Both the position numbers and the translations under genes were made by a program. 64,000 bases of DNA from the NCBI GenBank assembly GCA_963801015.1, contig CAWDCV010000005.1:121580-185579 (forward strand). Reading direction: 5' to 3'. The notes under the pieces were generated by a model. That model had not been told where the DNA came from and made no database searches. It saw nothing but the letters and a program-made list of their open reading frames with translations. Below are positions 56,093 to 64,000 of this stretch, piece by piece. How positions within the stretch are numbered: the stretch's first letter is position 1; the number at the start of each line of letters is the position of its first letter. Origin of the DNA: an uncultured Actinomycetota bacterium (GTDB lineage: Bacteria > Actinomycetota > Actinomycetes > CAWDCV01).

Positions 56093-57391
56093 TCAGGCCG
56101 CGCTGGCAGACTCCCCAACCCGGCGTACCTGTGCCGGTTGCGGTCGTGGCCGGACGTGGACGTGTGGCCGCGGCCGCACGTGCGGCCGGATGACGAGATC
56201 GCGCTTGCGGGCCAGCAGCATGCCGATGACCACGGCGGCGGCCAAGGAGACCGAGCCACCGAGCACCAGGCTCCAGCGCGGGCCGAACATCTCGGCCACC
56301 CAGCCCATCAGCGGTGCTCCAAGCGGCGCGCCACCGAAGAACACGGTGGTGTACAGCGCCATCACGCGGCCGCGCATCTCGGGTACGGAGCCAAGCTGCA
56401 GCGTCGCATTGGCCGACGTCATGAACGTCAGCGCGGCGAAGCCGGTCGGCACGAGCATTGCGAGGAACAACCAGTACGTCGGCATCAGCGCGCAAAGGAC
56501 CTCGAGCACGCCGAATGCGAATGCGGATCCCAGCACGAGCCGCTTGAGAGGACGGCCTCGACGAGCAGCGACGAGGGCTCCGCCGAGGGTGCCAACGGCC
56601 ATCGCAGTGGACAACCAGCCGTACGCCGCAGCGCCGCCGTCGAATACATCGGCGGCGAAGACGGCGAGCAGCATCGAGAAGTTGAGCCCGAAGGTGCCAA
56701 CGAAAAAGACGAGCACGATGGTGAGCAGCAGGTCGGGACGGCTGCGGACGTACGTCAGGCCCGCGCGCAGCTGTCCCTTTGCCCGCTCAATCGCCGGGGG
56801 TGTACGCAGCTCGCGGCGGCGCAGGCGCGCGAGCGACCAGATCACCGCGCTGAACGAGACCGCGTTGATCAGCACCACCCAGCCAGCGCCGATCCAGACG
56901 AGCAGGACGCCAGCGATCGCGGGGCCGACGAGGCGGGCCATGTTGAAGGACGCCGAGTTGAGCGCAACGGCGTTGGGCAGGTCGTCCCTACCGACCATTT
57001 CGATGACGAACGACTGCCTGGTCGGGTTGTCGACAGCGGTGATGCAGCCGAGTACGAACGCGAGCACGTAGACATGCCACGCCTGCGCGGTTCCGGTAAC
57101 AGCGAGCAGGCCGAGAATCAAAGCCTGAACGCCAAGGGCAGCCTGCGACAGCATGAGCAACCGGCGCTTGTCGAATCGGTCGGCCAGCACGCCGCCGTAC
57201 ATGCCGAAGAGCAGCAGCGGAAGGAACTGCAGACCGGTCGATATGCCGATCGCGGTGGCGCTGCCGGTGAGCTGCAGCACGAGCCAGTCTTGGGCGACCC
57301 GCTGCATCCAGGTGCCCGTGTTGGACACGATGGCGCCGGCGGCAAAGATGCGGTAATTGCGGACGTGCAGGGAACGAAACGTCGGACTCAC
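56093..57391 (-). CDS. MFS transporter (EntS/MFS_3-like exporter)
   Basis: GTG at 57391 overlaps the MarR stop (GTGA): VSPTFRSLHVRNYRIFAAGAIVSNTGTWMQ..; 12 TM helices. The track ORF extends to 57832 through the MarR antisense. Confidence 0.82.
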   Translation of the reverse strand: MSPTFRSLHVRNYRIFAAGAIVSNTGTWMQRVAQDWLVLQLTGSATAIGISTGLQFLPLLLFGMYGGVLADRFDKRRLLMLSQAALGVQALILGLLAVTGTAQAWHVYVLAFVLGCITAVDNPTRQSFVIEMVGRDDLPNAVALNSASFNMARLVGPAIAGVLLVWIGAGWVVLINAVSFSAVIWSLARLRRRELRTPPAIERAKGQLRAGLTYVRSRPDLLLTIVLVFFVGTFGLNFSMLLAVFAADVFDGGAAAYGWLSTAMAVGTLGGALVAARRGRPLKRLVLGSAFAFGVLEVLCALMPTYWLFLAMLVPTGFAALTFMTSANATLQLGSVPEMRGRVMALYTTVFFGGAPLGAPLMGWVAEMFGPRWSLVLGGSVSLAAAVVIGMLLARKRDLVIRPHVRPRPHVHVRPRPQPAQVRRVGESASAA

Positions 57392-57816
57392 GCTTGCGCC
57401 AGCCGCTCCAAGATCGATGTGGCGGCGCGCAGCGTGTCGCGTTCCGCGGACGTCAGCGTGCGCAGCCGGGTAGCGAGCCAGGCATCGCGGCGGCGGCGGT
57501 CCTCGCGCAGCATCGTCTTCGCCTGGGTGGTGGGGGTGACGAGCACCTGCCGGCCGTCGGTGGAGTGCGGCGTCCGGTCGACGAGGCCAAGCTCTTCGAG
57601 CTGGCCGAGGATGCGTGTCATCGACGGCGGCTGCACTCGCTCGTGTGTCGCCAGCTCGCGCGGGGTCATGGCGCCATGCCGGTCGAGCGAGGAGAGCGCG
57701 GCCAGCTGGCTGACCGTCAGGTCGGCGTCGGACGAGCGCTCGTTGCGCAACCGACGTGCCAGACGCATGACACAGATGCGCAACGCGCTCGCAAGCTCGC
57801 TGTCGCTCCTGATCAC
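57388..57816 (-). CDS. MarR-family transcriptional regulator
   Basis: ..LTVSQLAALSSLDRHGAMTPRELATHERVQPPSMTRILGQLEELGLV.. winged HTH. Confidence 0.85.
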   Translation of the reverse strand: MIRSDSELASALRICVMRLARRLRNERSSDADLTVSQLAALSSLDRHGAMTPRELATHERVQPPSMTRILGQLEELGLVDRTPHSTDGRQVLVTPTTQAKTMLREDRRRRDAWLATRLRTLTSAERDTLRAATSILERLAQA

Positions 57817-57859
57817 GCGTCGCCGTCGACACGACCCTTAGTCTAGCTCATTAGCCTCG

Positions 57860-58831
57860 CTAACGGGATTTTTCCGCGGGGTGAAGCGGGTCGAGCCACT
57901 CCCGAGCATCGACGGCCCAGGCCGGGCCGTCGATGTCACGTGCGCGCAGCAGATGCGGAGCCTTGACTCGCCGGGTGAGCACCCGGCTGGCGTCGGCCAC
58001 GACGGGCAGCAGCTGTCCCCGAGCCGCTGCAAGGACCCAGTGCTGAATCGCCGGAAAACGCCGGCCCCTGCGCAGACACGATTCAGCGAGCCAACGGTGA
58101 ATGCGGCCTCGATCGACCGTGACGTCATGCAAACGTTCGATACGCCGCACACCCCGCAGAACCTCGGGCACATCGAGCGACGCATTCCCGGCGTGCAGGC
58201 GATACGCGACCAACCGGCGTTGCGCCACCGCCGGCGGTCCGAGCCGCGACAGCCGAAGCCACATCTCCCAGTCCTCGATGTTCCGGAGGCCAGCGTCGAA
58301 TGGACCGGCACGAGCCAGCAGGTTCCGGCTGGCGATCACATTCGAGCCTCCGCCCGGTATGGCGTTGTAGCGAGGTAGCGCGCGAACTGCCTCGTCCGCA
58401 GTTGGCGTGGGCGGCGCGGAGACGGGGTGGAGCGCGACGTCGACGTTGACGACTCCGCAATACGCCCAGTCCCGGCCACTACGTCGGGCGGAGGCGATCT
58501 GCTCGGACAACTTGTCCGGAGCCCAGACGTCGTCGTCGTCGCAGAACGAGATCCAGTGACCGGTGGACGCGCTGATGCCGGCGTTGCGGGCCTGGCTCAC
58601 CCCCTGCGGCAACGAGTGGCGAAGGTGTTGGGTACGGGCGTCGGCAAAGCTGGCGATGACGTCGCCGGTCCCGTCGGACGAGCCGTCGTCCACGACGACG
58701 ACCTCGAGCTCGACGTCGCGCTGTGCCAGCACCGCACGCAGCGTGGTCCGCAGGAGTGTGCTGCGGTTGTGCGTCGGAATGACGACGGTCACCTCGGGCA
58801 CGTCGGAAGCGTATGGCGCGGGTCCTGGCAA
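57860..58831 (-). CDS. Glycosyltransferase family 2 protein (intact member of a four-paralog set)
   Basis: ..VTVVIPTHNRSTLLRTTLRAVLAQRDVELEVVVVDDGSSDGT..; ..FCDDDDVWAPDKL..; single 323-aa ORF. Confidence 0.85.
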   Translation of the reverse strand: MPGPAPYASDVPEVTVVIPTHNRSTLLRTTLRAVLAQRDVELEVVVVDDGSSDGTGDVIASFADARTQHLRHSLPQGVSQARNAGISASTGHWISFCDDDDVWAPDKLSEQIASARRSGRDWAYCGVVNVDVALHPVSAPPTPTADEAVRALPRYNAIPGGGSNVIASRNLLARAGPFDAGLRNIEDWEMWLRLSRLGPPAVAQRRLVAYRLHAGNASLDVPEVLRGVRRIERLHDVTVDRGRIHRWLAESCLRRGRRFPAIQHWVLAAARGQLLPVVADASRVLTRRVKAPHLLRARDIDGPAWAVDAREWLDPLHPAEKSR

Positions 58832-58913
58832 CTCTCCTTCGCAGTGCCCGCGGCCCGATTAGCATGCGGCAATCCGAGGCCGACGACCGAGGTGGATGCG
58901 ACGTGGGGGGACG

Positions 58914-59883
58914 ATGGCCGACAGGGACGGGAAGCGCCCCGTTCTCGTCCTCGGACTGACTCCCCGGACGGGCACCAACTACCTGTGGGATCTGCTCCGG
59001 CTGCACCCTGCATGCGCCGGCGGACGGGAACCGATCCGCGAGGACTTCTTCCTCGAGCACGCACGTCTGCTGGCCGAGTTCGTCAGCGCCGTCCGCAGCC
59101 GTTGGGATCCGGCGTGGGGACAGCTGGACGACGAAACCGTGGCGGACCTTCGGGCCGGCCTCGGGCTCGGCGCTGCTGCGGTTCCTGACCGTCGATTCCG
59201 ATCGCCGGCTCGTCACCAAGAATCCGAGCGTCGCAGGCATCGACCGGGTGTTCGACTTCTTCCCGACGGCACAAGTGATCATCCTGGCCAGAGACGGGCG
59301 TGCCGTCGTGGAGTCGTGTGTCCGATCCTTCGGCTGGGACCTCGATCTCGCCGCCCGACGCTGGGCGACGGCCGCTCGGACGGGGCTTGGTTTCCTGGCC
59401 AGCCGAGGTCCGCATGACCCGAGCGTCCGCCTCGTGCGCTACGAGGACCTGGTTGTCGACTGCCCTGGGCAGATGAGGCGGCTGCTGCGCTTCCTCGACC
59501 TGGACACCGCCGAGTACGACTTCGCGGCTGCTGAGCACCTTCCAGTGCGAGGATCCTCCGTTTTCCACGGCGGAAAGCCGCAGGTGCATTGGGATCCCGT
59601 CGAACGAACGGACGGCTTCGACCCGCTGCGTCGCTCGGAGCACTGGAGCCTCCCTCAACATGAACGCTTCGCCTGGCTCGCCGGCCGCGAGCAGGTCGCC
59701 CTGGGCTACTCCTTGGACGCGGCGACGCCGGTGACACCGAGCGGGCGCGCACATCAGACCTGGCTCAGCACCCAGTGGCGGATCCGCCGGGGCGCGAAGC
59801 TCGCCGAGTACCGGACGCGCGGCTGGCTCGGGCCCCCAACCCGGCCGCTGCGCAGGCGACTTGGGCTGGCACATGAGTCCTGA
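58914..59883 (+). pseudogene. Sulfotransferase-family protein with a +1 frameshift near 59169
   Basis: Frame 0: MADRDGKRPVLVLGLTPRTGTNYLWDLL (PAPS 5'PSB-like) ..DLRAGLG. Frame +1 from 59170: ALLRFLTVDSDRRLVTKNPSVAGIDRVFDFFPTAQVIILARDGRAVVES... (3'PB region). The two pieces form one sulfotransferase. Confidence 0.68.
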
Positions 59884-60797
59884 GGTCTCCGTGGTGATCC
59901 CGACCCACAACCGACGGGAGCTGCTCGCGCTCACGTTGCGGACGGTCTGCGAGCAGAAGGACGTCGACCTCGAAGTCATCGTGGTCGACGACGGCTCGAG
60001 GGAGGAGGCTGCCCGCGAGGTCGTCGGAGCCCGCCAGGACCCTCGGGTGCGTCTCCTGCGAAACGCCACGCCGATGGGCGTCAGCGCCAGCCGCAATCGC
60101 GGCGTAGAGGAGGCCGTCGGGCGCTGGGTGGCGTTCTGTGACGACGACGACCTGTGGGCCCCGCAGAAGCTGCGCGAGCAGCTAGCGCAGCGGAGCAGGC
60201 CAGCCGCTCGTGGGTGTACGCGGGCGCGGTCAAGATCGACGATGCCCTGCGCGTCATCGGTGGCGAGCCGCCCCAGCCGCCCGGAAGTCGTGCATCGGCG
60301 GTTGCCCCGGTGGACCCTGGTCCCGGGCGGCTGCTCGGGTGTGATCGCTCGCCGGGATCTCGTTCGGGACGTGGGTGGCTTCGACCCCGACCTGGTCAAT
60401 CTCGCCGACTGGGACCTGTGGAGCCGCCTGGCTGGGTACGGTCCGCCCGCGGCCGTGCCGTTGCCACTCGTCGGCTATCGAATCCACGGCGGCAACTCCT
60501 CGCAGGACACCAGCCTCGTGCTGCGGGAGCTCGACCGGCTCGACGGGCGCTACGGCGTCCGCGTGGATCGGGCCGCCGTCCATCACTATCTGGCGTGGGT
60601 GTCCTTGCGGGGAGGGCGTCGGCGGCAGGCGGGCCGGGCACTTCCTGCAGGCAGCCGGACGCGGCGATGTCGTCGGCGTCGCCCGCAGTCTGTCGGCGCT
60701 CGCCCGGGGTCACCTCGCCGGACCGGCTCGGCCGCTCCCCCATGCCGAGTGGCGGTATGCGGCCGATCGGTGGTTGGAGCCGCTGCGATGGGGCTAA
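59873..60797 (+). pseudogene. GT2 glycosyltransferase paralog with three frameshifts (about 60190, 60283, 60630)
   Basis: Segments in three frames (..FCDDDDLWAPQKLREQLAQ | AEQASRSWVYAGAVKIDDALRVIGGEPPQPP | EVVHRRLPRWTLVPGG...LRGGRR | AGHFLQAAGRGDVV..PLRWG*) align colinearly with the intact paralog 57860..58831. Confidence 0.68.
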
Positions 60798-61752
60798 CCG
60801 AGCTCATCGAGCCACGCCTGAGCCGTGGAGAAGTAGGCGGCCAGTGCAGCGTCCGGTACCGGCGGCGCCGGGAACGGCAGGTGCATCCGGCGGGCCAGCT
60901 GCCCGCTGCGGGCGCCGAGCAGCTGGCCGACGTCGAGCAGCAGCGCATCGCGCCGGTACGGCGGGGACAGCCGGGCAGTTCGCGCGTACCAACGCAGCGC
61001 CTCCCCGCGACGGCCCGCTCGCGCCGAGAGTCGGCCGAGGTGTCGGTACAGCGTGACGCGGTCCAGCGGTCCGCCGTACCTGCGCTCGATCTCGAGCGCT
61101 CCCCTGAGGATCTCCGACGTCACCAGAGACGAGCCTCGATCGTGCACGCGGTAGCCGACGAGGGGAGCAGGGACCCAACGCGGCGTCGAGAGCCGGCTCA
61201 ACCGCACCCACATATCCCAGTCCTCGGTGTTGCGGAGTCGACCATCGAATGGACCGGCGCGCTCGAACAGGCTGTGGTGGACGAGCACGCCGGAGCCACC
61301 GCCGGGTACGACGTTGCGCCGCGGCAGGAGCGCGGCCACCTGCTCCGGAGGAAGGGGCAACGTTCCCCCCACGACCCGACCCGTGACGTCGACGTTCACC
61401 GAACCGGTGTAGACCCAGCCCGCCCATCCATCGTCGGTCGCGCGCAGTTGCTCCGTGAGCTTGTCCGGAGCCCAGACGTCGTCGTCGTCGCAGAACGCGA
61501 CCCAATCGCCACCTGCCGCAGCCGCCCCCGGTTGCGCGCGGCACTCACGCCCTGGGCGGTCTCGTTGCGCAGCGGTCGGATCCGGTCGTCGGCGACCTGT
61601 TCCAGGACGGCCACCACCTGCCCTGGCGGCGATCCGTCGTCGACCACCACGATCTCGAGGTCGACGTCCCGCTGGCTCCTGATCGAGCACAGCGTGTGGC
61701 GGAGGAGGTGCGCGCGGTCGTGCGTGGGGACGACGACGCTCACCGCAACCAT
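60794..61752 (-). pseudogene. GT2 glycosyltransferase paralog with one frameshift in a G5/C5 run near 61527
   Basis: N-terminus MVAVSVVVPTHDRAHLL...VSAARNRG (ORF 61396..61752), then AAAAGGDWVAFCDDDDVWAPDKLTEQ... continues in the frame of ORF 60794..61903. Confidence 0.68.
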
Positions 61753-61778
61753 CCGCGCACGGTAGCGAGCCGAGCCCG

Positions 61779-63042
61779 GTGACCCGAGCCCGTCCCGGAA
61801 CGGCGCTGCTGCCCGCCGGAGACCGGTTCGAGGACTTCTTCGACAAGGTCGGCGTGACTCTGGAGTCGTTCCGCCACGAGCAGACCGGCGGCTGGCTGTT
61901 CAACTACGTCGAGGCGTTGCGCAGCGGCGGCTGCGACACGGCGCTCGTGTTCATGTCCGCCCGCGTGACCGGCCCCGTCCGCTTCGTCCACCAGCCCACC
62001 GGCTGCCGGGTCAGCGTCCTGCCCAGCCCATCGTGCATCGCAAGCTACGGGCGGCTCGATGGCGCTTCGCCCCCGAATCGCGGCTGCTCCGGTCGCTGGA
62101 GGCGTACGTCGCGACGCCGCCGCGCGCGCTGTCGCGAGAGCTGCAGCGGCTGGACTGCACTGTGTTGCTCTGCCAGGAGTACGAGTCGGCGCGGTTCGAC
62201 GTGTGCGTCATGCTCGGCCGCCTGACCCGGCCGCCCGGTGTTCGCCACGTACCAGGGCGCCCAGGACGGCCACAGTCCCTGGGAGCGCCCGGTGCGTCGG
62301 CTGGCGATGCGGTGGTGCCAGGGAGTGATCGTCGGGAGCGCGGTTGAACGAGAGCGGGTCCGGGCTCGCTATCGCATGCCCGCGGAGAAGCTGGCGCCGA
62401 TCCCGAACCCGCTGGACGTGCGGCGCTGGGACCAGGAGACCAGAACGAGGCCCGTGAAGCGCTGGGGCTCCCGCTCGAGCGACGCATCGTCGTCTGGCAC
62501 GGGCGGGTGCAGATCGAGCGCAAGGGCCTGGACGTGCTGCTCGAGCGCCTGGCGGCTGCTGTACGCCGCCCGGCCGGACCACCGCCACTGCTCCTTCTCG
62601 TCGGTTCCGGCCGGGACGCCGAGGAGCTGCGTCGGCGACTGCGCGACCCGGCGCTCGGTGGCGTCATCTGGGTCGACGAGTACGTGCAGGACCGTGATCG
62701 GTTGTGGCGCTACCTCGCCGCGGCCGACGTCGCCACGCTGCCCTCCCGGCACGAAGGCTTCGCGCTCGCGGTGCTGGAGGCGATGGCCTGTGGGCTGCCC
62801 GTGGTCGCCGCCGACGTCTCCGGGGTACGGACCTGCTCGAGGCGGCGGCCGGGGTGGAGACGGGAATCGTGGTGCCGCCCGACGACGCCGAGGCGCTCGC
62901 CGCCGCGCTCGGGCTCCTGATCGACGACCCCGACCGCAGCCGTCGCCTCGGAGCGGCGGCGCGAGCCGTCGCCGAGTCCTTCTCGCTCGAGCAGGTCGGC
63001 AAGCAGCTCGCCGCCGTCCTCGTACCCGGGTCCGGGCGATGA
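61779..63042 (+). pseudogene. GT4 (group-1) glycosyltransferase with at least 4 frameshifts (about 62010, 62235, 62432, 62825)
   Basis: GT4 pieces are spread over frames: N-domain (..FVHQPTGCRVSVLPSPS), ..LEAYVATPPRALSRELQRLDCTVLLCQEYESARFDV.., ..VIVGSAVEREWVRARYRMPAEKLAPIPNPLDVRRWD | PGDQNEAREALGLPLERRIVVWHGRVQIERKGLDVLLERL...HEGFALAVLEAMACGLPVVAADVSG | GTDLLEAAAGVETGIVVPPDDAEALAAAL... Confidence 0.62.
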
Positions 63043-63072
63043 GCGGGGGATCCACGCCGACGAGAACCCGAA

Positions 63073-64000
63073 GTGACCGTGGTGGTGCCGACGAAGGACC
63101 GGGGCGCGCTGCTGAGTCAGACGCTGCGCAGCATTCGCTGGCAGCGGGACGTCGACTTCGAGGCGCTCGTGGTCGACGACGGCTCGATCGACAGCGAGTT
63201 GGTCCGGCGGGTGGTCGCGGATCTCGACGACGCCCGGTTCCGCGTCCTGCGGAACGAGACGAGCCGAGGCGTCAGCGCCGCGCGCAACCGTGGAGCGGCG
63301 GAGGGAGCGGGGCGGTGGGTGGCGTTCTGCGACGACGACGATCTGTGGGCGCCGGACAAGCTCGCGAAGCAGCTGGCGGCCGTCCGCGGGTCGGGGGCGG
63401 ATTGGGTGTACGTCGGGTCCGTCAACGTGACGATGCGCAACCGGGTCGTGGGCGGGGAGCTCCGCCACCTCCGCCCGCCGAGGTCGTCGAGCAGCTGGAG
63501 GAGCACAACGTCGTCCCGGGAGGAGCCTCCGGCGTGCTCGCGCGCCGGAGCGTGCTGCAGGACGTGGGCGGCTTCGACCCCGCCCTGCAGCCGCTGGCCG
63601 ACTGGGATCTGTGGTTGCGGGTCCTGCACGTGTCAGCGCCCGCCTGTGTTGCCGAGCCGCTCGTGGCCTACCGGGTCCACGGCACGAACATGTCGCTGGA
63701 CACTCGACGCGTCGAAGCGGACTTCGCTGTGGTGGCGGGGCGAAACCCGCGGGCGAACCGCGCGGTCCTCTACCGATACCTGGGCTGGTGGTCCATCCGG
63801 GTCGGCCGCCACGCGGACGCAGCTCGCCTCTTCCTTCGGGGGGCGGCAGAGCGGGACGCGCGCTACCCGGTCGACCTCGCCCGGCAGGACCTGATCTATC
63901 TCGCTCGGCAGGCCGCGGATCGCGCCCGCGTTCTCCTCCGGCCAGGCCGCCCGGCGCGGCGCCCGCCGGTCGCCGCCGTCGTCGAGCACGCGGACTGGCG
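63073..64000 (+). pseudogene. GT2 glycosyltransferase paralog with one frameshift in a C-run near 63465; runs off the window end
   Basis: MTVVVPTKDRGALLSQTLRSIRWQRDVDFEALVVDDGS...FCDDDDLWAPDKLAKQ..VVGGEL, then PPPPAEVVEQLEEHNVVPGGASGVLARR...ADWDLWLRVLHVS... in the -1 frame to position 64000. Confidence 0.68.

Overview
This 64-kb window is a high-GC (about 70%+) chromosomal segment from an actinomycete. The lineage call rests on F420/deazaflavin-type nitroreductase, a mycothiol-type maleylpyruvate-isomerase-family enzyme, ClgR-like and IdeR regulators, and frequent GTGA/ATGA stop-start overlaps. The window is almost entirely coding, mixing core metabolism with accessory genes. The ORF track appears to list only stop-bounded ORFs and to count GTG/TTG as starts; I refined several starts from SD motifs and homology and removed antisense junk ORFs. 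I found no CRISPR array, rRNA, integrase/transposase or prophage.

Gene content, 5' to 3':
- a clpP 3' end (first codon truncated by the window edge, stop within it) opposite a ClgR-like XRE regulator;
- tRNA-Arg(CCU), followed by a small accessory islet (DHFR-like, F420 nitroreductase-like, a WYL-regulator remnant, frameshifted DUF427, ArsR-SRPBCC fusion, YciI, SRPBCC);
- a NitT/TauT-type ABC importer (SBP, two permeases, ATPase), a CynX-like MFS and a dienelactone hydrolase;
- a coupled operon of a Pro/Ala-rich secreted protein, ApbE flavin transferase, a diheme ferric-reductase-like membrane protein, a NuoF-like NADH module and a 3Fe-4S-type ferredoxin. This is my best candidate for a poorly described transmembrane electron-transfer system;
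- an ABC exporter, an ICMT-type methyltransferase, an FMO, a large LuxR regulator flanked by paralogous tiny membrane proteins, GNAT, Gfo/Idh/MocA, TauE, VOC, a TipAL-like MerR with a clean MerR-type leaderless promoter, a CE7 esterase, an ATP-dependent DNA ligase and a PGPGW-HIT pair;
- rhodanese-SufE, an L,D-transpeptidase, two acyl-CoA dehydrogenases, two tandem GAF-ANTAR regulators plus a STAS protein, a GH15 hydrolase and IdeR divergent from a photolyase;
- an orphan ParA with an RHH partner, two DUF202 membrane proteins, a UDG, pdxH-citA-serC, pobA, ThpR and a MarR-MFS pair;
- a glycosyltransferase locus (four GT2 paralogs, a sulfotransferase and a GT4) carrying at least 11 frameshifts within about 5 kb.

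Non-genic signals:
- a roughly 95-bp composite palindromic element present twice, 26.8 kb apart, at about 90% identity;
- an 8 x 12-bp tandem repeat between convergent genes;
- several strong inverted repeats, some of them in positions where they could sequester an SD or act as operators.
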